Positions 29,819-39,366 of a stretch of DNA of 64,000 nucleotides are shown piece by piece. A program made the position numbers and the translations under genes. The notes under the pieces are model-generated. The model was given only the letters and a program-made list of their open reading frames with translations. It ran no database searches and was not told where the DNA came from. Source of the DNA: a plasmid. Location: the sequence record OW849071.1; one strand, written 5' to 3'. Position 1 is the stretch's first letter; each line of letters opens with the position of its first letter.

Positions 29819-30340
29819 TTAAGAGGTTATGCAGAAGGAATAGCCCTCTGAGCCAGGGCAGTGCCCGCCTTTAATATACGACTTCGCCACTTGCCGTCCG
29901 GCCTCATCGACCAGGGCATGCAGTGTGGATGGCAATGTTTCAGCCGTGTACTGCAGGCAGACGCAGTAGCATTTCACCGGAGGTTTAATCATATCCGGAC
30001 GTTCAAACCAGCCGGTCGACGGGAAAATCCGTGTGCCGAAGAGCCTGTCAGAAGGAAACTGAGTCTGCACGGACCAGGCAAACACGTCGTCAGCGCTGTC
30101 GCGGCGATTGACGCCGGGGATATACAGATTTTCTGCTTCGCGGACAACACGGGAGGCAAGAGAGGACAAGGCGGAGTCATCCGTGCTGGCCGGGCCTTCC
30201 ACACATATGGAAAGATGGAAGTATTCCGGTTTGCTCTGTGCTTCTGGCTTTGTATCGGGAATAACTGACGCCGTGTCTCGCTTACGTCCCGTGGAAGACG
30301 TCATTAACTTTTGGAAAAAGACACCTGCGATGAAAACAAG
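29819..30340 (-). CDS. Hypothetical membrane protein between traT and traD (ORF track extends to 30565)
   Basis: N-terminal TM MYICSALVILLLVFIAGVFFQ; not present in classical F. Confidence 0.35.
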   Translation of the reverse strand, partial: LVFIAGVFFQKLMTSSTGRKRDTASVIPDTKPEAQSKPEYFHLSICVEGPASTDDSALSSLASRVVREAENLYIPGVNRRDSADDVFAWSVQTQFPSDRLFGTRIFPSTGWFERPDMIKPPVKCYCVCLQYTAETLPSTLHALVDEAGRQVAKSYIKGGHCPGSEGYSFCITS

Positions 30341-30535
30341 CAGAAGAATAACTAACGCGCTGCAGATATACATGATGTGGTCACTGAAGAGAGAACAGAC
30401 CTCGCAATGTGACAGGGAATAACTTCCCCCCACTGCAGGATGTGGGTAAATATCGCCAGGCATCAGTTCATGTGTATTAAGAGACCTGACAGGCTCAGAT
30501 ATTGTCATAAATAACCTCTGTTCAAATAAAGACGA

Positions 30536-30606
30536 AAGACTCCGCCGAAGGCGGCAACGCCTCACAGATGCACAAATAAATTGCGCAACTGTTCACCGTT
30601 TAGATG
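30536..30606 (-). repeat. ~70-bp repeat R2 (hairpin plus T-run terminator) downstream of traT; ~93% identical to R1 at 31683..31753
   Basis: aagactccgccgaaggcggcaacgcctcacagatgcacaaataaattgcgcaactgttcaccgtt...; stem ccgcc/ggcgg. Confidence 0.8.
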
Positions 30607-30699
30607 TGGAATTAACTGATTATTTGACGAATGAATTCTGACACGCCAGAAAGGTGATGCCAGTCTGGCCCGGAGTACCCGGGCCGTGGAATAGAACGC

Positions 30700-31431
30700 T
30701 TACAGAATATTAGCGATCGATTTTGCCAGCTGGTCTTCAAGAACAGGCTGGGCTTCAGGGAACTTGAGGTTAACTTTATTAGCGTTAGAGACGATGCGAG
30801 TCTGGTATTTATGTTGATTACCCGTTTCAGTACTTGTCTGCACTTTTGCGCCAGATGTTCCCTGACGTAATACGGCCACGTTATCAGTCTGAACCTGTGT
30901 TTTGGTTCTTTCCGCGATCTGAACATCGGTGATCATGGTGTAGTTCACATCTTCCACCATCGCGTCAGCCGCCATTCCGACCAGACCGGCTGCAAGCCCT
31001 ACTCCCAGGGTTGCTCCCGCGGAACTGGAGTTGTAAGCGGTAATCCCCGCCCCAAGAGCGGCGCCAGTCACAGCGCCCTCATAACCCCGGCTTAACCAGC
31101 CCTGAGACTCACGAAGGTCCATTTTATCGGCCTTGAGCACATTCGCCTGGATCCAGTAGCCCGCCGTATCGGGGTTACTGACGACCTGATATCCCTTTGA
31201 AGTGACAGCGCTGGCAATTTTTGCCTGCAGGCCACTCATATCCTTATCGGAGGTATTTTTGATTTGCAGATAAACCGTCTTATTATTTGAAGGTTCCAGC
31301 CAGATTGTTTCGCTCATCTGGGTTTTTACTTCCAGATTTCTCTTTTTAATAGCGGTTCCCATTGCACTACATCCAGACAACACCAGAGCAGAGCTGACGA
31401 CCATCACAGCCATGACTTTATTAAGCTTCAT
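30700..31431 (-). CDS. traT: TraT surface-exclusion lipoprotein
   Basis: [47 protein letters not shown]... closely matches F TraT. Confidence 0.9.
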   Translation of the reverse strand: MKLNKVMAVMVVSSALVLSGCSAMGTAIKKRNLEVKTQMSETIWLEPSNNKTVYLQIKNTSDKDMSGLQAKIASAVTSKGYQVVSNPDTAGYWIQANVLKADKMDLRESQGWLSRGYEGAVTGAALGAGITAYNSSSAGATLGVGLAAGLVGMAADAMVEDVNYTMITDVQIAERTKTQVQTDNVAVLRQGTSGAKVQTSTETGNQHKYQTRIVSNANKVNLKFPEAQPVLEDQLAKSIANIL

Positions 31432-31682
31432 CCTGAATCCTTGTGACATAATCAATACGAGTGAATACACATTCTCTTATGATTTCGGAATGCGCATTCA
31501 CTATATACGAATTTTAAACGAGATGTGAAAACTAATTACAGTCTAAGAAACCAATAATAACAAAGGAAACTTTTAGCCTGTTAACAAACCACCATAATTG
31601 ATAGGTTGAGTATGGATGACCAACTCCCAACTTTGACAGATTCATAAATTCCCATAATTAACCCTGACTTAATGTAAATCAA

Positions 31683-31753
31683 AAGACTCCACCGAAGGCG
31701 GCAACACCTCACAGGCGCACAAGTAAACTGCGCACCTGTTCACCGTTCATGAT
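31683..31753 (-). repeat. ~70-bp repeat R1 overlapping the last codons of traS; hairpin carries compensatory substitutions (ccacc/ggtgg) relative to R2
   Basis: aagactccaccgaaggcggcaacacctcacaggcgcacaagtaaactgcgcacctgttcaccgtt... Confidence 0.8.
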
Positions 31754-32264
31754 TTCTAACCGATTCAATAACAGACGTCAGGGTCGCCAACTGATAACGA
31801 CTAAGGTCAATATTCATAACCATAAGTGTTAATAAAAGACTGAAACCGGTAACAACAATAAAAACAACCGCATTAATTCCGTTATATGCAGAAAAAAACG
31901 CCAGGCATGGGAATATAGTAAAAATAACTGCTCCATAAGTTCTGCATTTCTTTGCTAAAAAACCAAAGAACAACGACTTTTTCCTGAAAGACTCAGGTAA
32001 AGAAAGGAAGAGTGAGCGGGTATTCGCGGTTGCAATGATAGAAAAAATGCCCACAACTGCCGCAAAAACCATTGATGAAATTCTATCAAGACCCGTAGAA
32101 AAATCACTTATCCCATATGAAAAATATGATGAAAGTAAAAACCAAAACATAAAAGTCAAGCCAGGCCAGATACAACTCCAGAATGAGGGGATCGTTAAAT
32201 CCTTCTCAGTCAGAACTAGTTTTAACTCGTCAATTTCACCTTGTATTATTTGATGGGTTAACAT
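31740..32264 (-). CDS. traS: TraS-like entry-exclusion inner-membrane protein (highly variable family)
   Basis: Hydrophobic 174-aa ORF in the traG-traS-traT position. Confidence 0.5.
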   Translation of the reverse strand: MLTHQIIQGEIDELKLVLTEKDLTIPSFWSCIWPGLTFMFWFLLSSYFSYGISDFSTGLDRISSMVFAAVVGIFSIIATANTRSLFLSLPESFRKKSLFFGFLAKKCRTYGAVIFTIFPCLAFFSAYNGINAVVFIVVTGFSLLLTLMVMNIDLSRYQLATLTSVIESVRNHER

Positions 32265-32274
32265 TCTTTCCTCC

Positions 32275-35118
32275 CTATCCCTTTGGTTTCTCGTTTTCTA
32301 ATTTTGTTGCCTTATCCAGTAGTTCTTTGGTTGAATCCGCGCCAGGCAGTCTGGTTTGATGCTCTTTCTTATCATTATAAGAATTTTTGAAATCATTTCC
32401 TTTTGTTTTGTGGTCATTTTCCAGTTCAGCATTCTCTTTTTTCACTTCAACGCCTTGCTGTTGTATGTTTTCACGGGTTTCCTGATGCTGTTGTTTATTC
32501 TCTGCAATCATCCCATCCACTTTCTGACCCACATTATCCTTAATACCAGCGTCTTGCGTCATGGCATCGATACGACCAGAATTTTGTCCGTAGTCAGCCA
32601 TTACCGAACCATTGTCCCCACCACCTGACACCCCAGCCATATTCTGTCCGATGCTTTCACGCCCCTGTTGATACGCGGCATCAACCCTGGGTTCAACCTG
32701 CTCTTTGACGAATTCACGCGCCAGTGCTTCACGCTGCGCCGCAATTTCAGGAGAACTGGTATTGGTCAGAATAGCCTCGGCATCCTGTGGAGCGCGACGC
32801 TGAACAAAGTTAGCAAACTGCTGAGAGAGATTCTCGCTCATCTGGCCAGTCATGCTCTCTGTGCGTGACGCCATCTCACTGTACTCATGGCTGCGTGTCC
32901 GGCTGGTTGTATACTGGTCGTAGCTGTTTTTGGCACTGGAGAGTGACGCGGCAAACTGGTCAACACGCGAGCTGGCATTATTATCGGTGATATTACCCGA
33001 TGTGGTGGTTTTGCGGCTGGTGAAGTAATCGGATGCTTCCTTAAAGTCTTTCGCCGCCTGGCTGCTGGTATCGTGCCTACTGTCATGAGATTCCCTTCCA
33101 GATTCGGTTGTCGAGTCAGTAGAGCCACTTGATGCATTCGCTCCAGCACTAATTTTAGCCCCCCCTTCAGCAGTGAGTCCTGTAGCCCATTTACCCAGTT
33201 TCCCGACCAATTGGTCGCCACTACTCCATTTAGCATTACCATACATCTCACCTGATACCGTTCCCTTCCTAGACTCATCCATCAACTGCTGGAAAGACTC
33301 CTCATTACTGATGTTGTTGGCTTTCGCATTAGCAACAACCGCATTCCACATCTTGCTTCTGGCCATCGAATCCTGCGAAGACTCAGTAGTATCGGCCCCG
33401 GTCGTTGTTGAGGCGCTGTTCCCTTTATTGGTGCCAAATTGCTGCAGACTATTCCAGGCACTTGTCACGCTGCTGTTATAGCCATGCAGCGCGCTTTCGG
33501 CCTGGACATCAGCCTCACGGGCCATCTGTTGCTGCGCACTGGCTATCTGACGACCGACGTTGATATCCACCGGCAGTTTTGACATTGCACCACCACTGTC
33601 CCAGACCATCGAACCATCCCGCGTCTGCGTGCTCATGCCCCCATTCGCCAGCTGCCGCGACATCTGTCCGAAACTGGTTGTGCTGTTGGTACCCCAGCTG
33701 TAGCCGCTGACGTTCTCCATCTGCATGTTGGCGAAAGAGTAATTCCCGTCCACCACGCCGGAGGCAGCCTGCGATGTTGCACTGAGCCCCGATGAAGAAA
33801 AATGGCTGTAGGCACTGGAGAAAGCGGCCCCCATGCTCTTCACGATCCCCCACGACAAGGGCGGTATCATCACGGCAATATAACCCGCGGTGGTCGCAAT
33901 ATCCGAGTTTTTGAGCTGAACCTGCGACAACTCAGAGAGAACGACCGGGACGCCATTTTGCTTCGCATAGTAGGCCATTGCGCTGTTCAGGATGGCGAAC
34001 AGTAATGGCCACGTCTGCAGCCAGATAAGCGCAAACACATACCCCTTTAGCACCTGCAGCGTCATCATGTTAAACATGGCGGCCATCACCATGATCGGGA
34101 ACATCCCAATCATTATCCCCATGATAACGGTCTGCATCAGCGGAAGTGTGCGAAGCGCCTGGTGCCCCATTGTGGCCTGTGCCAGCCGCTGCTTTTCAAG
34201 GGATGATGTGTTAGCCATATTGACCAGACTGGCAGTGTCCCCGCTGCGGGCCGCATAACTCTGGATCCCACTGCGCAGGGCGTTCATCGTGACGTTCTGG
34301 CGGATAATCTGCCCGGCGCTCTGTCCCGAGCTGTAGAAGTAATTGTAGCTGTCGCCAATCATCTGGCTGAAAAGCAGATCGGGATTAGGTTTGCCGCCAA
34401 ACAGCTGACGAACATAGTAGTTCCAGGTTTTACCGCCTGTCTGAGTATCCAGCGCGAGAGCCGATTTCAGATCCCGTGAGGCCTCCTCGCATGTCTGGAA
34501 CTGGTTGTTTTTGTCAAACACGCCACGCAGTGGACTCGGGTTTGCAAAAATCAGGGTATACGGATCAGGTGAATTCAGTAATTCCTCAAAAGAGTACTTA
34601 TGATTGAGGAAAATATCGCCCATCACACAGTTTTGTACGTAATCGGAAAACAGCGTCGTAATCTGAGGATTTTGTGACAAAAAATCCGTACTTTTCGCGA
34701 CCAGATTACTGCCAAATAACATCCCCGTTTTACTGTACGTGACACTGTCCGGCAGCGCGAAGACCATCTCATAACTCTGGATAAGCGCGTTTCCTACCCG
34801 CGTTGTCAGCGACGCCGGAATGGCCAGACCAATAGGTACATTATCGACTTCATAGACCTGCGCAACGTTACTGTAATCGATGATCTGCACAGGGGTGCGA
34901 ATGACAACCAGCATAGAGACCAGGGTGAGGGAAAAGACCCAGCCCAAAAGGTCCATCACGTTGTGTTTTTTTACCCAGTTCCCCGCCACAATGAGTACCG
35001 AGATGGCGATACACATCTTTTCTATGGTCGACCATGTGCCGGTCTCCATAAACGCCGCAATCGCGTTCAGGTTGCCCCGTAACCAGTCACCGCCTGCAAT
35101 GGCATATACCTCAAGCAT
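32275..35118 (-). CDS. traG: TraG (pilus assembly / mating-pair stabilisation / entry exclusion)
   Basis: 947-aa polytopic protein with a Ser/Thr-rich C-terminal region, collinear with F TraG. Confidence 0.9.
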   Translation of the reverse strand: MLEVYAIAGGDWLRGNLNAIAAFMETGTWSTIEKMCIAISVLIVAGNWVKKHNVMDLLGWVFSLTLVSMLVVIRTPVQIIDYSNVAQVYEVDNVPIGLAIPASLTTRVGNALIQSYEMVFALPDSVTYSKTGMLFGSNLVAKSTDFLSQNPQITTLFSDYVQNCVMGDIFLNHKYSFEELLNSPDPYTLIFANPSPLRGVFDKNNQFQTCEEASRDLKSALALDTQTGGKTWNYYVRQLFGGKPNPDLLFSQMIGDSYNYFYSSGQSAGQIIRQNVTMNALRSGIQSYAARSGDTASLVNMANTSSLEKQRLAQATMGHQALRTLPLMQTVIMGIMIGMFPIMVMAAMFNMMTLQVLKGYVFALIWLQTWPLLFAILNSAMAYYAKQNGVPVVLSELSQVQLKNSDIATTAGYIAVMIPPLSWGIVKSMGAAFSSAYSHFSSSGLSATSQAASGVVDGNYSFANMQMENVSGYSWGTNSTTSFGQMSRQLANGGMSTQTRDGSMVWDSGGAMSKLPVDINVGRQIASAQQQMAREADVQAESALHGYNSSVTSAWNSLQQFGTNKGNSASTTTGADTTESSQDSMARSKMWNAVVANAKANNISNEESFQQLMDESRKGTVSGEMYGNAKWSSGDQLVGKLGKWATGLTAEGGAKISAGANASSGSTDSTTESGRESHDSRHDTSSQAAKDFKEASDYFTSRKTTTSGNITDNNASSRVDQFAASLSSAKNSYDQYTTSRTRSHEYSEMASRTESMTGQMSENLSQQFANFVQRRAPQDAEAILTNTSSPEIAAQREALAREFVKEQVEPRVDAAYQQGRESIGQNMAGVSGGGDNGSVMADYGQNSGRIDAMTQDAGIKDNVGQKVDGMIAENKQQHQETRENIQQQGVEVKKENAELENDHKTKGNDFKNSYNDKKEHQTRLPGADSTKELLDKATKLENEKPKG

Positions 35119-36527
35119 TACTGATTCCCCCCAAAATGATAGTTATTCTGGTAGCGGGTCATCATGCGGGCAGAGACCTGCTGGCGCATGTAACTCATTT
35201 GTCTGTCCACCACGAGCAAGGCGTCCTGCTGAACCTGAACGCGGGACTGGAAAGCGGCAATCTGGACACTCGCCTGGTTGAGGTTTTCCATGATCATATC
35301 CATTGTCGACTGGGGATAATTACCGGTTGAGATCATCGCCCGGGCCTGCTGGATAAGTTCCTGAATGTACTGCAGCAGGATGTCGTAGCCGATATAGTCC
35401 GTCAGCTGGTAAATAAGTGAGTTAGACACACCGAGCATCTGCGGGTCGACCAGGTATTTGAACACCGGAATGGTGGTGCTGGAGATAAACCCTTTCTCCT
35501 GATCCGTCAGTTTTTCATCAGCCACCGCTTTATTCTGGATACTGCTTAACAAAGCGGAAATCTGGCTTTTCAGCGCCTTACTGGAGGTGATGGTCACGGT
35601 GGCATCAGCAACGACCTTAAGACACTTATCCGAATCATTGCAGTGATAGATTTTAGCCGTGCCGCCCTCCATCATGGCTTTAATCAGATCCTGGTCAGTG
35701 GTGCGTGCCGGCAACGGGGTGATCTCACTGTTCTCACCAAAAATCAGCGTCCCGGTCAGGGTCATCACAAACTCTTTCAGCTCCTTATTGCCGTCAAAGA
35801 GCCGGTTTTTGGACAGGGCATCCCACATAATGTTGATGTTCTTCATTACACGCTCCTTGTCCTTATCGCTGGCTTTATCCTGCACTTTGTCCATCTGCCC
35901 CCCCACCGAACAGCCCTGACGGGAAGCCGCCCAGTCCGCAAAAATGTTGCTCTCACCGGCGATGTCCTGGCAGACCTTTTGCTGCGCCACCTGGTTGCGG
36001 GGGAACAGACCGCCCACAATGCCCTGAGCGGCCTGGCAGGAGCTGAGGTTCATGCTGTTGATGTCGCTGGCCATCTTCTGCAGGAAGTCTTTGGCAGTTT
36101 TGATCTCCGGAACCGTGGTCTGCAGGGCAAGGTCAAAGAAGTAGCCCGCGGCGTTGGACATAATTTGTTTGCCGAAGCGCTGCAGCTGCTCGCTGTTGAT
36201 AAATGAGAACGACCCCAGGTACGCATCGATGCCGCCGCAGCCGGCGTTAATATCCGGCAGGGTCATGCTGACCAGCTGGATCGTTTTCACCTGCGTTCTG
36301 GCATACAGCGAACCGCCGGAGGCGTAACCCGCAGCCTGTCCCTGCCAGACCTGCGGCTGGCTGGTATTGGACGCAAAGCCCAGCTTATTGAAGAAGTTGT
36401 TCATATCGCCATTCACGTCGGCGGCGGCGCTAAATGACAGGCCAAGCACGGCACCGCAGAAGAGTGACAGAAGTTTAATTCGCATCCAGTCCTCCATTAC
36501 GCACAGCATTCTTTTTAACTCTGTCAT
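35118..36527 (-). CDS. traH: TraH pilus assembly protein
   Basis: Signal peptide plus conserved TraH core; ATGA-style overlap with traG. Confidence 0.9.
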   Translation of the reverse strand: MTELKRMLCVMEDWMRIKLLSLFCGAVLGLSFSAAADVNGDMNNFFNKLGFASNTSQPQVWQGQAAGYASGGSLYARTQVKTIQLVSMTLPDINAGCGGIDAYLGSFSFINSEQLQRFGKQIMSNAAGYFFDLALQTTVPEIKTAKDFLQKMASDINSMNLSSCQAAQGIVGGLFPRNQVAQQKVCQDIAGESNIFADWAASRQGCSVGGQMDKVQDKASDKDKERVMKNINIMWDALSKNRLFDGNKELKEFVMTLTGTLIFGENSEITPLPARTTDQDLIKAMMEGGTAKIYHCNDSDKCLKVVADATVTITSSKALKSQISALLSSIQNKAVADEKLTDQEKGFISSTTIPVFKYLVDPQMLGVSNSLIYQLTDYIGYDILLQYIQELIQQARAMISTGNYPQSTMDMIMENLNQASVQIAAFQSRVQVQQDALLVVDRQMSYMRQQVSARMMTRYQNNYHFGGNQ

Positions 36528-36918
36528 TTCTCAGAATAAAAAGGGTCTTAAGGTGATAACTGAAAAAATTGCGGATTGCTAATGTCACTCCGGCAACAAA
36601 GAACCCCACCCCAACAGCGATCAGCGCATAAGGGATGGCGTACATCATAATATTCCACAGGTCTTTTACTCGCAGGTCACCGCTGGCTATCCAGTCATCC
36701 ACGCAGAGATTAAATAAAAATCTCATTATCCATAACAGCAGAGCACCTGCAGTGAGAAACACAATGAATAATTCCAGATAGATTTCCAGACGCCTTTCCC
36801 GGTGGATAAATTCCGGCTTCAGTTGTTCTATTTTTTCTGCTGCTGTCTGCCCGGAGTCCTTTAAACTGGCTGGAAATAAAAACGCATACAGTCCCGTCGA
36901 ACGTATATATTTGTTCAT
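36475..36918 (-). CDS. Small membrane protein in the TrbF/TrbJ position
   Basis: 147-aa ORF with 3 predicted TM helices between trbB and traH. Confidence 0.3.
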   Translation of the reverse strand: MNKYIRSTGLYAFLFPASLKDSGQTAAEKIEQLKPEFIHRERRLEIYLELFIVFLTAGALLLWIMRFLFNLCVDDWIASGDLRVKDLWNIMMYAIPYALIAVGVGFFVAGVTLAIRNFFSYHLKTLFILRNDRVKKNAVRNGGLDAN

Positions 36919-36963
36919 GGCTATTTTCCTTAATCACTTGCTAAGACCGGATATAACAGAGAC

Positions 36964-37551
36964 TCAGTGCATCATCTGAAATACCGTATCCACTCTGGCC
37001 ATAAAGCCCTGTGCATCCGTGGCGCCCTGCAGGATTGGGTACGCTGCCAGCGTGTTTACGTTCACCAGAAACGTAGTCGGCGTGGCCACCGGGATATTGG
37101 GGAAAAAGGTCTGCATCACGTCAGGAGGCGCCGGCAGCGCTTCCGGAAACGCGTCATCACCCTGTCCGTCAATGGTGTAAGAGAACACGGAGAAGCCATA
37201 CTGTCCGGCCAGCTGCTTCAGCACCGGGTCAAACTTATGACAGTAGGGACAGTGTCCCTGCATGAACAGCACCACTTTCCAGTCGCGCAGGTCCACCTGC
37301 TTTCCGTTGCTGAGTCGTAACCAGCGTGGCTGAGATGCCCCGCTCACCGCCTGGGGAGTGTCGCTCTGCGGGGAGGCCGTTTCAGTACCGGAGATTCCCC
37401 GCGGATCCCAGAGCGACTTCACCTCATCGAGCGTTCCCGCATGTGCCATCCCGGCCAGAGCAAGGGAAAGAGCCAGTGCCGCCAGCGGCGTCTTAGCGAG
37501 GTTCATCAGGCTGTTTTTCACAGGCTTTCTCCTCTTTTTCGGCTTCAGCAA
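36964..37551 (-). CDS. trbB: TrbB thioredoxin-fold disulfide isomerase
   Basis: Signal peptide plus a CPYC active site. Confidence 0.7.
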   Translation of the reverse strand: MLKPKKRRKPVKNSLMNLAKTPLAALALSLALAGMAHAGTLDEVKSLWDPRGISGTETASPQSDTPQAVSGASQPRWLRLSNGKQVDLRDWKVVLFMQGHCPYCHKFDPVLKQLAGQYGFSVFSYTIDGQGDDAFPEALPAPPDVMQTFFPNIPVATPTTFLVNVNTLAAYPILQGATDAQGFMARVDTVFQMMH

Positions 37552-37774
37552 TCAGGGCGTTTAGAATGCGGTATCCCCCGAACACCACCATACCCAGCCC
37601 GAAGATTTCCCCGGCCTGGACGGCCAGCTCAGGCTGTTTTCTGACAAGCCGGGCTATCAGGTGGAAAAACACGCCCACGGCCAGCACCCACATCCCGGTG
37701 ATATCTAAATCCGGAAAACGAATATTTCGCATGACACACTCCTTAGAAATTCGGTTTAAAGTCGCTGGAGACAT
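37493..37774 (-). CDS. traQ: TraQ pilin chaperone
   Basis: 93-aa membrane protein between traF and trbB, as in F. Confidence 0.65.
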   Translation of the reverse strand: MSPATLNRISKECVMRNIRFPDLDITGMWVLAVGVFFHLIARLVRKQPELAVQAGEIFGLGMVVFGGYRILNALIAEAEKEEKACEKQPDEPR

Positions 37775-38495
37775 AGAGGAACTGTTTCGCCAGGTCGTCC
37801 TGACTGATAAAGCCGTAACTGAGAGGCTTCACCTGGCCACTTTTCGGGTTAACCAGCATCATCGCGGGGAAGAACTTCACGCCAAGCTGCTCTGCCTGGC
37901 CCTGGTCCGTCCGGCTGTCGGGCAGCATGGGGTTAATCACTCCGTCAACCGACACCGGTATCACGCTCAGGCCATAGGTTTCGCGAAAATTTTTAATCAC
38001 CTGGACCAGCTGGCCATCGATCGCTTCCCGGCCCCGGTAGAAGAACATCACGCCGTAGTGCTGTGCGAGGGTGGAGATAGCCTGTCGCTGTTCGGCATAG
38101 TCGGCAGCGAGCTGGTTTTTTACCGTGCCGTTGTAGTGGCTGTACTGCAGGTTGTAATCGAGTTCGGGGTTTTCCAGCATGGCTTTCTTCGCACTCATCG
38201 AGAACAAACCTGCCTGCTGCGTCCAGTAGTTCTGCAGCCGGAAATACTTCACGAAGTTTTCAGACGATGGATACAGAATGGCTTCGTACAACGACCGTTT
38301 GGTGGCCGCCTGGAGTGTGGCGAGTTTCTCCAGAATATCCATTTGCGGCGGTGGTGCCGCTGGTACGGCTTTCCTGTCCTCATCACGGGGCTTCAGTTTC
38401 TCGTTGTACCACTGCCAGCCCGCGTCTTTGGCGAAAGCCGGCATCAGGGCGCAGCAAAGGCACCCCGCCAGCATGGCGGCATGTATTGTTCGCAT
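37743..38495 (-). CDS. traF: TraF thioredoxin-like pilus assembly protein
   Basis: 250-aa periplasmic protein homologous to F TraF. Confidence 0.85.
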   Translation of the reverse strand: MRTIHAAMLAGCLCCALMPAFAKDAGWQWYNEKLKPRDEDRKAVPAAPPPQMDILEKLATLQAATKRSLYEAILYPSSENFVKYFRLQNYWTQQAGLFSMSAKKAMLENPELDYNLQYSHYNGTVKNQLAADYAEQRQAISTLAQHYGVMFFYRGREAIDGQLVQVIKNFRETYGLSVIPVSVDGVINPMLPDSRTDQGQAEQLGVKFFPAMMLVNPKSGQVKPLSYGFISQDDLAKQFLYVSSDFKPNF

Positions 38496-38515
38496 GGCAA
38501 ATACCCTTTTATGAA

Positions 38516-38842
38516 TTAATGCGACTGGCGTGACAGATGCTGATAGACACTGTATTTATCGAGCTGGCGCTGTACCTTTCCTGCATCATCACGGGCTTCA
38601 AAGCGATAACCGCTGCAGTACAGAGGCAGATAATTTATCTGAAGGTCCACCCGCTCCCCGTCCCTGATCACCCACGCGGCCTGAGAAACAGTGTCGCACT
38701 GGATCCCCCAGGCCCGGTTGGTTGTCATAAATGCGTTAACCTGCCTGTCCCGCCACAGGCTGTACGACATAATGCTGACCAGGAGAAAGACAAACACCCC
38801 GACAAACACCATGACCAGCCCGTATGCTTTTTTCTCTTCCAT
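38516..38842 (-). CDS. Hypothetical membrane-anchored protein (TrbE/TrbA position)
   Basis: 108-aa ORF with an N-terminal TM. Confidence 0.3.
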   Translation of the reverse strand: MEEKKAYGLVMVFVGVFVFLLVSIMSYSLWRDRQVNAFMTTNRAWGIQCDTVSQAAWVIRDGERVDLQINYLPLYCSGYRFEARDDAGKVQRQLDKYSVYQHLSRQSH

Positions 38843-38854
38843 TGACTCTCCTGG

Positions 38855-39121
38855 TCACATAATAAGGAATAGCGGCATGCTCAGTACTGAAGATATAAAA
38901 GCCTGCCGGTCCGCTGGCAGTTTCTGGAAAGCAGGTGAGTACTGAGCGGCCATCTGAACCAGTTCGGACGAGTTAATCAGGAACCTGTCTGTATGCAGAG
39001 AGATATCCGCAAGAACAGCCAGCACCATAACATGATGCTCCTGGGGTAAATTCTCTTCATTCAGAATGTCTATAAATTTCTCAATCGTGATATATCGATT
39101 CATCTTTGCTTTTCCTTGCAT
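38855..39121 (-). CDS. Hypothetical 88-aa protein
   Basis: Small ORF between traN and traF. Confidence 0.25.
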   Translation of the reverse strand: MQGKAKMNRYITIEKFIDILNEENLPQEHHVMVLAVLADISLHTDRFLINSSELVQMAAQYSPAFQKLPADRQAFISSVLSMPLFLIM

Positions 39122-39335
39122 TTATAACTTTCTCCAGGACTGAGAAAAACAAATAACACACAGACATGGCAAACCCAGCCATAAGAATAAAGACCACACT
39201 TTCGACATAATCACTTCCCGACGTCCCTTTGACGGCATCCCAGGAGAAATAAATCACCGGAGAAATAATGATTATTGTTAGCGTTAATCTCAGGACAAAA
39301 TCAATAACAGGCTTTTTGTGAAAACTCATTTTCAT
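39081..39335 (-). CDS. Hypothetical 84-aa membrane protein (TrbE-like?)
   Basis: Two predicted TM helices; similar in size to F TrbE. Confidence 0.3.
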   Translation of the reverse strand: MKMSFHKKPVIDFVLRLTLTIIIISPVIYFSWDAVKGTSGSDYVESVVFILMAGFAMSVCYLFFSVLEKVINARKSKDESIYHD

Positions 39336-39366
39336 GATTATCGGTCTCTTTATTAGGCAGCATGGT

